NCBI GenBank assembly: GCA_965218095.1
Contig: OZ244587.1
Location: forward strand, 2,272,001 to 2,336,000
Direction: 5' to 3'
DNA: 64,000 bases
DNA from: Candidatus Poribacteria bacterium
Lineage (GTDB): Bacteria > Poribacteria > WGA-4E > PCPOR2b
In this document: in pieces, positions 40,062 to 50,713 of the stretch
How positions within the stretch are numbered: the stretch's first letter is position 1
Layout: each line of letters opens with the position of its first letter
Position numbers and translations under genes: made by a program
Notes under the pieces: model-generated
The model's database searches: none
What the model saw: the letters and a program-made list of their open reading frames with translations, nothing else
What the model was told of the DNA's origin: nothing

Positions 40062-40627
40062 TGTGGTTTCCTTTCTGTTATTGGGTTTGAATTAATCTCC
40101 TAAAGCGGAGATGCTCGAATTGGTTTCTTAGCGTAGTGCGACAGAACCCTTTCAAAGAAAAGGCGATTCTAAACAATGATAACACACGATCCACTGCCGA
40201 GCAAGCTGATTGTTAGGGGGCATCATTTCTTTGTTGAAAAATTCCGCTAAATGAGAGACAATATGTTGAGCTAACGCTGTTCTATCTATGAATTGTTGAG
40301 AAATTCGTTCTGTAGCATGTATGAACTGTACGGCGTATTGCGTGAGGGGTGAGAAGTGATGAATAAAACCTGATGAGCGGATTTCTCACTCGTTACGTTT
40401 CATCCCAATTCGATTTCTACAGTTTTGTGAAGCAAATTACAGATCACTTCATTAAAATTGTTTATATTTTAAGCTATGTGTGACCTTTCGCATTATTTCG
40501 GAACAGTTTTTCTAATTTTTAGATCCAGTCGTAGCAAGGGTTCCCAACATCCCGATTCGATGGATTGCCACATCACCGCAAAGGTCGTGTTTCTCAAGTG
40601 AAACGGCCGATTATTAGATCCGTGCTA

Positions 40628-41424
40628 GGTTCTGTTGACATTTCAAGGGAGCCATATAAGAGTGGAGACAAAGCTGAGAAATCCAAAATAACGGATAGCT
40701 AACTTCTCGAACCGAGAGAAGATGCGGCGATACCATTTTATCTTGTTAATGAAACATTCAACCAGATGTCCCTCTTTGTACAGATGTTTGTCGTAATCTC
40801 TTTGATCCACACGATGACTTTTTGGCGGTATCACCGCAATTGCTCCATTCGCCTCAATAACCGCGATAAAATTGTCGGAGTCATATCCCTTGTCTCCAAT
40901 CACATACTCGCTTTTATATCCAAGTATCAACGCTTCTGCTTCCGCTATGTCGTTTCTTTGACCGGGCGTCAGATGTATTCTTAGGGGATTACCCAGGCCG
41001 TCAACGGTGATGTGAATTTTTGTACTGAATCCCCTGCGAGAGCAGCCTAACGCTTGGTTTTCAGTTCCCCCCTTTTTTTTCGGCACCCGCCGCACACGGG
41101 TGCGCTCGAATGATTGTACTGTCCACAATAAGCGACTCGATATCGGGGTCGGCGGCGAAGTGGTGGTGGATCTGTGTGAAGCCCCCTTTGTCGCACCACC
41201 GTGCAAAACGCTTATAGAGGGTGTTCGATTTACCATAGGTGTCTGGCAGAAGTCCCCATTGAGCACCGCTTCGATAAAGCGGCGTGTTGTCGCTTCGTTG
41301 CCAACATAAATGTTGGGACAAGTTAGAAGAAACGAGTATATCTTTTTCCATTGGTCATCGGGTAAGGTTATTGGCATCATTCTTCTATTATGCCACAACC
41401 TTATACTCAAATGTCAACAGAACC
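40628..41424 (-). mobile_element. IS5-family element, copy 2 (internal deletion, defective)
   Basis: Same TIRs and TA duplication as copy 1; lacks the LWVTRSG-coding segment; retains the A8G6 slippery site at ~41067-41080. Confidence 0.9.
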
Positions 41425-41527
41425 TACGTGCGGGTTCGTACTCCGAAATTAAAAAAACTTCCTCGGGATTACGCGAAAGGTAAGTATGTGATATACTTTT
41501 GTCCCAAATGGAAATCTATCGGAGGTG

Positions 41528-42122
41528 ATGAAGATATTCAGATCCGCTTCGATTGTCTTAGCTTTCGTGATTTTATGTGCATGCTTCTATGCGTGTGGCG
41601 GTGATGAGGAGCCTACTTATGACCTCCGTCAAGACCTCCCGTCCGTTGTCCCGGAAGATTTCGGTCCAGCGCCTCCATTTCAGCTTGAAGACCTTAATGG
41701 AAATCAGGTGTCGTTGGCGGATTTCCAGGGTCAGGTTGTTGCTGTCAACTTTTGGGCAACGTGGTGTGGACCTTGCCGTCGTGAAGTTCCAGAATTTGTC
41801 GAAGTTCAAGCGGAACACCAGGATGACGGATTTACGATTCTTGGAATTTCTCTGGATATAGAGTTCGACGACAATGGAAACCTTATAAAAAATGAAGAAG
41901 ACGTTCGTGAATTCCTCGAACAGTTTGAAGTGAATTATCCAGTTTGAAGTGAATTATCCGACCCTCTGGGATACCAAAGACGTGTACGGAGATGCGTATA
42001 ACGGCTTCGGTCTGCCGACCACCGTTATTTTGGATCGGAACCATAAAATTCGATTCAGACATAATTCGATTGTTGATAAGGTCATTTTCAAGGCGGAAGT
42101 TGCAATGCTATTGAATGAGTAG
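41528..42122 (+). pseudogene. TlpA/ResA-like thiol-disulfide oxidoreductase lipoprotein, frameshifted by a 19-bp duplication
   Basis: Lipobox FYAC, NFWATWCGPCRREVP; CAGTTTGAAGTGAATTATC duplicated at 41921-41958; downstream frame gives GLPTTVILDR..* at 42122. Confidence 0.85.
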
Positions 42123-42151
42123 ATGGGTGCCAGGGAACAGCAATTAAATTT

Positions 42152-42184
42152 AACCTTGCGAAGGTTTGAAACCTTCGCAAGGTT
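42152..42184. repeat. Nested palindrome (REP-like)
   Basis: AACCTTGCGAAGGTT-TGA-AACCTTCGCAAGGTT; each arm is itself a hairpin; related AACCTTCGGAAGGTT at ~45739. Confidence 0.75.
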
Positions 42185-42206
42185 TTGGGCCACAGAGAAT
42201 GTTGTT

Positions 42207-43432
42207 ATGAAGATTCGTTCAACAATTATATCTTTATCCATTTTCGCCCTCATTATGGCAATGGGGTGTGCCGACAATCCAACAGGTGAGCCTGATGCAG
42301 ACACCACCGAAAGCACTTTCCTCAACGCAGACACCCAGGTTGCGATGGCGCCCCAGCAGCCTGCAGGAGATCAACCCTCTGCACGCTTACTCGCCTTTTT
42401 CCCTGAGTTTTTCCCTGATGGCGTTGAGCATTCAATCCCGTTAGATGAAATCTTTCACGGCGGCCCACGCAAAGATGGGATTCCTGCTTTGACAAATCCG
42501 AAGACAATTCCGGCGGAGGCGGCAGATTATTTGCGCGACATAGATATTGTCCTTGGAATGACCATCAACGGAGAAAGCCGCGCATATCCGCTGCGCATCC
42601 TGAATTGGCACGAGATCACCAACGACACGCTTGGCGGCAGACGGATTGTGGTGACGTTTTGCCCGTTGTGCGGTACGGGTATCGTTTTGATCCGGTTGTC
42701 GATGGTGAAGTAATTGAATTCGGCGTATCTAGCATGCTCCACAACAACGATCTGTTGATGTATGATAGAGGGACGGATACGCCGAGTTTATGGCAGCAGG
42801 CTCTCGGTGAGGCAGTTGTTGGTCCAAAGACAGGGACGTTACTCGATTTACTGCCAGTCACGCAGGCACAATGGGGCGAGTGGAACGCTGGCCATCCAGA
42901 GACAACCGTGCTCAGTACAAAGACCGGTTTCGATCGACGTTACGACGTCAATCCTTATGCGGACTATGAGTCGAACCCGGACCTATTTTTTCCACTTTCT
43001 GGTGAGGAGGATGGGCGACTGAGCCGGAAAACAAAAGTCCTCGGTCTGCGCATAGGTGACACGAACAAGGCTTGTGTTTTGGATCAACTTCGTCAAATGC
43101 AGGTTGTCAATGATGAAGTCACCGGCGTTCCGATTGTCCTGATCGCAAGCTCCGATTCAGATTCAGTCCGTGTTTACGAGCGGAGAAAACACCAATTTGA
43201 TGGCAATCTGGACGGGATTGTGAACATCAATACGAATGGTGTCTGGGAAATTTCGGAGGAGACGCTCTCTAATCCGAAAACTGGTGACTTGCTTGAACGC
43301 ATCCCTCAAGCGTTTGTTTCATTCTGGTTTGCCTGGTTCAGTTTTTACCCGGACACCCTTGTCTTTGAGGGCCCCGCCAATTTTGATCCAGACGAAAGAT
43401 TATTCACAACCTGGGGAGAAATCAAGCGTTAG
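42207..43432 (+). pseudogene. DUF3179 family lipoprotein, 1-nt frameshift near 42685
   Basis: Lipobox AMGC, GGPRKDGIPAL, RAYPLRILNWHEI, TFCPLCGTG, then other frame FGVS..LLMYDR..SLWQQ..FWFAWFSFYPDT; C-terminal LFTTWGEIKR. Confidence 0.85.
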
Positions 43433-43449
43433 CTAACCTCATTTTTCGC

Positions 43450-43478
43450 TTGGCACAAAATGACTTTCATTGTATAAT
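43450..43478 (+). promoter_or_regulatory. sigma70-type promoter of the YceI-Crp unit
   Basis: TTGGCA-17 bp-TATAAT. Confidence 0.6.
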
Positions 43479-43589
43479 GCTTGTAATCCAAGCAGGCGGT
43501 CGAGCAAAAGCAACGCGGTGAAGCAAGGAGCTCAAAGCGTTGGAATGAATTCGTCCGTTCCCCAAAATGAAACAACGAAAGGAAAAATC

Positions 43590-44411
43590 ATGAGAAGATT
43601 AGCACGTTATGCCCTGATTTTGGGCATTATCACATTGATGATTTTATTGACAGGGGTTTTCGCCGCTGATAATCCTTGCAACCCGTGCAACCCCTGTGGT
43701 GGCAAAAATCCTTGTAACCCTTGTAATCCCTGCAACCCTTGTGCGGGGATGAAACATTTTACGGTCAATGACCCCAAAGGTAGAGACGTGCTCACCTTCG
43801 AGTCCAAGGCGCCGCTGGAAAAAATCGTTGGCACAAGCAGCAAAATTATGGGCCACGTTCACGTCAATCCCAAGGACGTTACCAAGGGTTTGAAGGCGAT
43901 GTTTGAAGTAGATCTCGCTAGCATGACAACGGGAATTGGTCTTCGCGATCAGCACATGCAGGATAAGTTCCTGGAGACAGGCAAGTATCCTAAAGCAACG
44001 CTCACCATAGACAAGGTAACCTCAGCTTCTCCTAAGATGCTCATGGATATGAAGCCCATCGCAGTAAACGCTGCAGGCACTTTAGATCTACACGGGGTTA
44101 AGAAGAAGGTTCAACTGAAAGATGTGACGGTCACTTACTTTAAGGAAAGTGAAGCCACCCAGGGTAAGATGCCGGGGGATCTCCTAATAATCAACGGTGG
44201 CTTTTCACTGAAGCTCCCCGATTACAATATCAAAGTTCCCCAGGTGATCGTTCTCAAGTTGGACGAGACGATCAAGGTAAGCGTGGATTTGACCAGTTCA
44301 ACTGCGGCAGGGGGTGCGAGTCCGTGTAATCCGTGCAATCCCTGTAACCCTTGCGCTGGGAAAAACCCCTGCAACCCGTGCAATCCATGCAACCCTTGCA
44401 GTGGGAAGTAG
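43590..44411 (+). CDS. Secreted YceI-family (lipid/polyisoprenoid-binding) protein flanked by Cys-rich NPC repeats
   Basis: Signal peptide ending VFA; YceI motifs [38 protein letters not shown]; 7 and 8 Cys in (N/S)PC repeats at the two ends. Confidence 0.85.
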   Translation: MRRLARYALILGIITLMILLTGVFAADNPCNPCNPCGGKNPCNPCNPCNPCAGMKHFTVNDPKGRDVLTFESKAPLEKIVGTSSKIMGHVHVNPKDVTKGLKAMFEVDLASMTTGIGLRDQHMQDKFLETGKYPKATLTIDKVTSASPKMLMDMKPIAVNAAGTLDLHGVKKKVQLKDVTVTYFKESEATQGKMPGDLLIINGGFSLKLPDYNIKVPQVIVLKLDETIKVSVDLTSSTAAGGASPCNPCNPCNPCAGKNPCNPCNPCNPCSGK

Positions 44412-44492
44412 CAGAAAACGTAGCAGCATTTGATTATGTCTTACGCTTTATGGACTTGTTGAGGTCTCTAACCTTCGCTGCGGTTTGGTACG

Positions 44493-45263
44493 ATGAAAAG
44501 ACTGGAAAAGACCTGGTATTTGAAGCGTTTTAACCTTTTTAAGAGTTTGACCGATAGAGAAATCGGCGTTGTGGATCGCATTTCATACATGAAAGGCTAT
44601 AGCCGCCGTGAACAAATATACGGCCAAAGCGATCCGGGGGATGTGGTCTACCTGCTCAAAGAGGGGCGGGTCAAGATTTACAAGCTTTCGCCTGACGGAA
44701 AGGAGTTGACACTGGCAGTTCTTGAATCCGGCGAAATCTTCGGTGAGATGGCGTTGATTGACGAAGGACCCCGTGACACAATTGCAGAGACACTGGAAGA
44801 GTCACTTGTCTGTGTCATACGCCGTCGAGATTTTGAACTCCTGTTGAAAAAGAAGCCGGATTTGGCGATGCACGTCACCAAGCTCATCGGGCTGCGAAGG
44901 CGAAAGATCGAAAACCAACTCGAAAACTTAGTGTTCCGGAATGCCCCCTCCCGGCTCGCCATCCTGCTGATGTCCTTAGCAGACAAGCACGGGGTTCGTG
45001 ATAGTCGCGGAATCATCCTGAATGTGAAACTCTCGCAACAGGAATTGGCAAATTTAATCGGAACAGCGCGTGAAACGACGAGCGCGCTTCTCAATGAATT
45101 CAAACGGCTTGGTATGATAGACATCCAAAGCCGTCGGATCAAGATTCTCGATCAGTGGCGCCTCAAAAAAATTGCAGATGCAAAGATAAGAGCGTTTCCA
45201 ATCGAGACCGAAACCGAAAGTGAGATCGAATCTGCCGTTTCGACGCATTCAACAAATCCCTAA
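44493..45263 (+). CDS. Crp/Fnr family transcriptional regulator (cNMP-binding, CRP-like)
   Basis: EGRVKIYK..GKELTL, FGEMAL..PR, LSQQELANLIGTARETTS HTH; no Fnr Cys cluster. Confidence 0.93.
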   Translation: MKRLEKTWYLKRFNLFKSLTDREIGVVDRISYMKGYSRREQIYGQSDPGDVVYLLKEGRVKIYKLSPDGKELTLAVLESGEIFGEMALIDEGPRDTIAETLEESLVCVIRRRDFELLLKKKPDLAMHVTKLIGLRRRKIENQLENLVFRNAPSRLAILLMSLADKHGVRDSRGIILNVKLSQQELANLIGTARETTSALLNEFKRLGMIDIQSRRIKILDQWRLKKIADAKIRAFPIETETESEIESAVSTHSTNP

Positions 45264-45399
45264 GGAATAGCAACTAAGTTAGTCATTTGATGAGTTGGCT
45301 TTCGACCCCATCTAACTCCCCTCCGGTAAATCGAGAGTCCAAGACCTTCGCAAGTCCTTGAATCCTGCGCAGCGGGGGCAGGAGAACTATTCCTCCTCT

Positions 45400-45621
45400 C
45401 GATCAGCATTGACCCGGCTGCAAATGAGGGTTACTATCTGCATTACCAGCTAGCCGGTACATATTCTCTCAAAGATGAAAGGACATTAGCTATTGAATCA
45501 CTTCAGAAGGCGATTACTCTGAATATGGAAACCATAAAATGGGCAAAAACGGACAAACAAGGATTTTGACAATATCCGTAAGAGTCCAGAGTTTCAGCAG
45601 CTTATCAACTCAGTTGAGTAG
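45400..45621 (+). pseudogene. C-terminal remnant of a TPR protein
   Basis: HYQLAGTYSL..AIESLQKAITLN..WAKTD / DFDNIRKSPEFQQLI with a frameshift. Confidence 0.55.
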
Positions 45622-45791
45622 GTATTAGCAACAGCACAAAGCCGCTTGAGCATTGACGTTTCACCCACGCCCACTATTTTTGACGCTTATCAAAGAACCG
45701 ATAAGGCTAGTTATCGGCAGTTAGAAATTCCCCATGAGAACCTTCGGAAGGTTCGGCAGCGGATTTGACCGCAAATTTAATTGCCTGCCAA

Positions 45792-46637
45792 TTAAACCCG
45801 CACAAACTTCTGGAATCGCTTTTCGGAAATGACCTCGCTGACATAGATATCGCCATGGGAATCGATCCAGATACCGTGCGGCGAATCGCTAAACTGTCCT
45901 GGCTCAGTGCCTTTCTCGCCCCAACGTGTGATCAGCTCCCCTTCAAGCGTCATAACCGTGATGCGCTGTCCACCCTCGGCGATATGGATGACATCGTCCG
46001 GATCGATGAACAGATCATTGGGCGAACGGAGATCCCCCCATTCTGTGAGATATTCTCCGTTTGAGTTGAAGATTTGACAGCGGAGGTTTCCACGGTCTAA
46101 AATGTAGACCCGATCGTTTTTGTCCACCGTGACATCATGGGGCAGATTAAACTCGCCAGGACCTGACCCCGGCGTGCCCCAGGATACAATCACTTCGCCA
46201 TCGGGCATCAAGCGATGGACGCGCGACTGGCCATAGCCATCAGAAACATAGATCTCACCTGATTGGGATAGGATGGCGCGGGTTGGTCGATTAAATGGCT
46301 GTCCTGGTGGTCCCGGTCGATCAGTTATCCCCCACGTCTGCAGAAGTTCTCCAGAAAGCGAGAATTTCCGAACGGTGTGATCTGCGGTATCTGTTGTGTA
46401 GATTTCATCGTCTGGACTGATCCAAACGCCGTGCGGTTTTTTGAAAAGGGCCTCTCCCCAGGCCCCGAGGAATTCGCCATCTCGTTCAAAAACAAGCATG
46501 GCGGGTTGAGGCTGCCGATTGAACACATAAACGCGATCTTCAGAGTCGCAAGCGACACCAGAAGCAAGCCCTAACTGCGGTATCTGTCCCCAGTCTTCTA
46601 CAACTTCGTATCGATAATCGCCACTACCATAAATCAT
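45792..46637 (-). CDS. NHL-repeat protein (peptidyl-alpha-hydroxyglycine lyase-like)
   Basis: FKKPHGV, FNRPT, YVSDGYGQSRVH, GPGEFNLPHDV, PHGIWIDSHGDIYVSEV. Confidence 0.88.
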   Translation of the reverse strand: MIYGSGDYRYEVVEDWGQIPQLGLASGVACDSEDRVYVFNRQPQPAMLVFERDGEFLGAWGEALFKKPHGVWISPDDEIYTTDTADHTVRKFSLSGELLQTWGITDRPGPPGQPFNRPTRAILSQSGEIYVSDGYGQSRVHRLMPDGEVIVSWGTPGSGPGEFNLPHDVTVDKNDRVYILDRGNLRCQIFNSNGEYLTEWGDLRSPNDLFIDPDDVIHIAEGGQRITVMTLEGELITRWGEKGTEPGQFSDSPHGIWIDSHGDIYVSEVISEKRFQKFVRV

Positions 46638-46720
46638 GGTGATTGTTCCTCCTCATCTATTTTTTACTACACTGCCCGCATAAACATCCGGGCGACCTCA
46701 TGAATGGAGCGAAATAGTTA

Positions 46721-46867
46721 TACGAGTTTTTCACTTATACCTGTTTGGATTTGAAATGATGGATTGAGATGCTGAAACGGAAGAAAGGAAGGAGGGAGGA
46801 AAAGGTGATTCTTCCCTTTCTTCCATCCTTCCTTTCCTTCCAACCCGCCCTAACTGAAAGAGTCGTA
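46721..46867. mobile_element. MITE (family B) with 17-bp TIRs and 7-bp TSD
   Basis: TACGAGTTTTTCACTTA / TAACTGAAAGAGTCGTA; ATAGTTA on both sides; interior is a purine/pyrimidine inverted tract. Confidence 0.75.
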
Positions 46868-46973
46868 ATAGTTAAGCACTTCTGCTACCCTATACGGAGT
46901 TACGAAATGAACCACTGACTGACGCAAGCCGTGTCACCCACGATTCGTCGATTCGCCGATCTGTTGACTTACC

Positions 46974-47861
46974 CTACTCCTCCCGAAAGAGCCCCAGCAA
47001 TTTCAACTGCACAACTGAAACCACAGCGATGATGAAGAAGAGCACCCAACCGATTGCTGCAGCATAGCCTAGCCGCATAAACTGAAACCCGTTTTTATAG
47101 AGGTACATCACGATCGTTGATCCGGCATCTGCAGGTTCACCGCCGCCGGTTAAGATAAACGGCAAGTCGAAGAGTTGCAGGGACCCGATCATCGACACGA
47201 CGACCACGAACGCGATAACAGGACGCAACGACGGTAGGGTGACGTGGATAAACGTCTGCCACCAGTTTGCCCCATCAACGGCAGCGGCTTCGTAGAGTTC
47301 TTGTCGGACGCCCTGTAATCCCGCCAGAAAATAGATCATGTTAAACCCTGTCCACTGCCAAACACTTGTCAAGATGACTGCTGGCATCACGTGCTTTTCT
47401 TCGCTCAACCATCCAATCTCTTTGCCAAACAGAACGAACTCGTTGTTTACCAGACCAGATCGCTGGTCGTAGATCAGGTTAAAGATAATCGCAACAAAAA
47501 CACCCGCGACTAACACAGGCGTGAAGAAGGCGAGGCGGAGAAAGTGCTTCCCCTTCACAAATCTCGAATTGAGCAAAATCGCCAGCAGCAAGGCTAACGG
47601 CAATTGAATCGTCAGTGTGCCAAGCGCAAAGTAACAGGTATTCCAGAGCGACTTCCAGAAAATCGGATCATGAAACGCATCCCCAAAATTACCCAGGCCA
47701 ACGAAGATCCGGCTTTGGAGCCCCCGCATCTCGTACAGACTCATGACCAGTGACGATATGAGCGGATACCCCATGAACAGGACAAAGAGAATATAGAAGG
47801 GGGCAATGAAAATATAAGGGGCAATCTTCTGTTGACGATACCATAAATTACGTGAGTTCAT
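46974..47861 (-). CDS. Carbohydrate ABC transporter permease
   Basis: FVGLGNF, WQWTGFNMIYFLAGLQ, ELYEAAAVDGA (EAA motif), GYAAAIG. Confidence 0.95.
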   Translation of the reverse strand: MNSRNLWYRQQKIAPYIFIAPFYILFVLFMGYPLISSLVMSLYEMRGLQSRIFVGLGNFGDAFHDPIFWKSLWNTCYFALGTLTIQLPLALLLAILLNSRFVKGKHFLRLAFFTPVLVAGVFVAIIFNLIYDQRSGLVNNEFVLFGKEIGWLSEEKHVMPAVILTSVWQWTGFNMIYFLAGLQGVRQELYEAAAVDGANWWQTFIHVTLPSLRPVIAFVVVVSMIGSLQLFDLPFILTGGGEPADAGSTIVMYLYKNGFQFMRLGYAAAIGWVLFFIIAVVSVVQLKLLGLFREE

Positions 47862-48069
47862 GATTATCCCTCATTGTAGAGCGAGTAGTGCTCGTCCGAG
47901 AATCGAGGCTCAACCTGCTCATCCAGAAAACAGGTGATTCGAGCAAGTTCAGAGCATGTTCGACGAAACAACTTGTCAGCATGTTCCACTTTATCTATCA
48001 CCCCACGACCAATGTGCAGGGCGTAATATGTCAGTCACCTTTCACGCTTCACGCTTCACGTTTCATGCC

Positions 48070-49425
48070 TCACATCTCTCCCCATCGTTGTTGACCTTTA
48101 CGCATCAGCGAACGAACTTTCTCTGCGACCGCCTTCAACGCCACTTCCGCTGTCTGCTTCTGCGTGACGACAGCGAAGATCGCATCGTTCAACAGATCTT
48201 CGGCTTCTGACCAGTATGGATTCTGGTGGTGCGGAGGAATATTCACCGCAAGTTTTGTGAACAGTTTGCCGAGCTGCTGTCCACCGAGATACGGGTCTGG
48301 CTCACTAAAAATCGGCGCGTCTCACGCCGCCTTGAGAGGAGGGATAATCCGCGTCTTCTCGTAACGGTTGACTAAGCCTTGTTGATCAAAATAGGTGAAC
48401 TTCAAGAATTCCCACGCAAGCTCTGGGTTACTGCACTGCCGGGTGATGCCGATCATCGTGCCACCGCGAGTTGTTGTACGTCGTCCGCCGACCTCCCACG
48501 CCGGCAAGCCGATTGCTCGCCACCTACCGACCATTTGTGGTGCCTGGCTTTTCAGGATGCCAACGTACCAATCAGGCGCCATAATTGAGAGGATTTGCCC
48601 CTCTTGCATGGCGGCAAAGTTGCTTGGATCCCCGTGCCATGTGCCAAAAACAGGCGTCGCGATCCGGTATTTGTTGAACATATCGGTGAAGAACTCCAGG
48701 GTGTCGATTGCCAGTTTACTGTCTATAATCACGTTGCCAGCCGGATCAAAGAATCCTCCACCACGTTGCAGCAAAAGGTTAAAATAATCACTCAATGACC
48801 GCCGATCCAGTACAATTGCGTATTGATCGATGTCCCCATCGCTATCCAGATCGCGGGTCGCTTTCTGCCCGGCTTCGATAAAATCCACCCACGTTTCCAC
48901 CTGTGTCAGGTCTACACCTGCCGATTTGAAGAGATCATCGCGGTAAAGCAGAACGACGGGATGCAGGTCGTGAGGTATCCCGTAAATCCGTCCACGATAC
49001 GACCAGGGCGTGAATCGGCTGACGACCAGCTTTTCCATCCAACCTTCACTTTCGAGACGTTGACGCAGATCGATAAAACCGACCTCATTGATTGCGCCCT
49101 TGAGAAAACGTCCAATCGATGCGATTTCGACTTCAACGAGATCTGGTGCGCCAAAATTAGATAGCAAGGCCGTCAGGAGCTTATCGTGCATTGACCCACC
49201 GAAATTGGTCAGCCGGACCTGAACGCCGGGGTGCTCTGCCTGGAAGAGCGGCACGCGTGTCTGATACTCCTCGTAGTGGGTGCTGGCAAAAACCCAAAAT
49301 TCGAGTTTCTCACTCTGCTCGGACGATCTTGCTAAGATCAGAATTGTGGAAAGCAGGAACAAGATCAACATGACCATTGGTCCTTTGCCAAGTGGAAAAC
49401 TCTCAAAATCGCTAGCTTGGAACAT
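48070..49425 (-). pseudogene. Carbohydrate ABC transporter substrate-binding protein with in-frame TGA at 48322-48324
   Basis: APDLVEVE, IYGIPHD, LYRDDLF, TWVDF, GGTMIGI..AWEFLKF; frame continues AA*DAPIFSEPDPYLGGQ..to TGA at 48070. Confidence 0.8.
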
Positions 49426-49503
49426 AACACCCTCTTAGATTTCAGTTCGCAGCGGGCAACGTGTGGGTTTTTGATAACACGCCTGGATTTGGGGGAAATG
49501 TGC

Positions 49504-49532
49504 TTGACATGCAATCTATCAGTCGTTAAAAT
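49504..49532 (+). promoter_or_regulatory. sigma70 promoter
   Basis: TTGACA-17 bp-TAAAAT. Confidence 0.65.
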
Positions 49533-49598
49533 ATATCAGATTTCGACATTTTTCGCAATGTTTGTTGCAAAATAACCGACAGGAGGAATCTCAGTTAT

Positions 49599-49901
49599 AT
49601 GCCGACATACGAGTATAAATGTCTGGATTGTGGCGTCCAATTTGATCGGTTTCAAAGCATCACCGAAGATCCAATCCATGAATGTCCAGAATGCTCAGGT
49701 CAGGTTAAGCGACTCATTGGCGCTGGAGCAGGGTTAATCTTTAAGGGGTCAGGTTTCTACATTACAGACTATCGCAGCGAAGGTTACAAGGAGAGCGCGA
49801 AAAAAGACAAGGAATCACCGTCGGGTAGCAGCAAGGACAGCAAAAGCGGAGATAGCAAAAGCAGTGACACTTCCAAAGCCACTTCAGATTCAGACGTTTA
49901 A
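49599..49901 (+). CDS. FmdB family zinc-ribbon protein
   Basis: MPTYEYKCLDCG..CPECSG..FKGSGFYITDYR, Ser/Lys-rich tail. Confidence 0.92.
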   Translation: MPTYEYKCLDCGVQFDRFQSITEDPIHECPECSGQVKRLIGAGAGLIFKGSGFYITDYRSEGYKESAKKDKESPSGSSKDSKSGDSKSSDTSKATSDSDV

Positions 49902-49987
49902 GTATACAAAGCATCCTGGATGTGATTTCCAAATATTTGACCCGACATCCTTTTTCAAAATCATCAACTTAGTCTGGAGGTAACATC

Positions 49988-50630
49988 ACGACCAATGACA
50001 AGCCCAATGCACAGATTCAAGAACAGTTAGATGCCTTGTATCAAGAATTTGCCCAGCAGCTTCCTGATAAAATCTGCGAAATCGAAACTATCTGGGAGGG
50101 GCTCCACCACGGCCAATGGGATAATGAGGTTGCCAAAATCCTGCTTCGCCTGACCCATGGGCTGACTGGCTCCGGTGCGTCCTTTGGTTTTACTGTTGTC
50201 AGCGATGCGATGCGTATGCTTGAAAGTGAGCTCGTTTCCATCATTGAAAGCGCTATTCCATCGACAGACGCACAGCGAACCCAAATCAACCGAGACCTTA
50301 ATGCGTTGGAACCGGCAAAGGAAGCGGTCAACCAGACCCATCCGGCAGCAATTATTATAGACGTTGTATTCCCCGAAGGCAACTGCTGGCACTGAAATTA
50401 TTGCCGAAATCCAGCAATAGCGTGAAACACCGATACCTGTCGTTTTTATGTCTACACGTGGCGATTTGACTGCTCGCTTACACTCGCTTACAGGTGGTTC
50501 GTGCCAGCAGGAACGCTTATTTCACCAAGCCAATTGACATCAGCGGGATGATTGACAAACTCAACACGCTAACAGGACACGAGGAAGCAGATCCGTACCA
50601 CATCCTTATCGTTGATGATGATTCGGTATG
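49988..50630 (+). pseudogene. Hpt + receiver domain signalling protein, heavily degraded
   Basis: HGLTGSGASFGF (Hpt), PAAIIIDVVFP, PIPVVFMS, YFTKPID, ILIVDDD; ACG instead of ATG after RBS GGAGG, plus stops and frameshifts. Confidence 0.7.
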
Positions 50631-50713
50631 CGCAATACGAAATACGCAACACGGAAGCTTTGATTCGTTAGACGAATTGTGAACCATCCCAAAATGATAG
50701 TTAAGGAGCAGGT

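Noticed and set aside
43671-44399. CRISPR or DNA minisatellite at the 9-bp periodic tracts
   Set aside because: The tracts are in frame within a CDS and vary at synonymous positions, so they are protein repeats.
9517-50420. Stop-codon recoding (Pyl, Sec or alternative code) suggested by in-frame TAG at 9517, 25601 and ~50418 and TGA at 48322
   Set aside because: TAG and TGA end many intact genes here (rpsI, gdhA, purA). Each stop is one substitution from a plausible sense codon, two of these genes carry additional lesions, and no SECIS-like context or Cys-equivalent position is evident.
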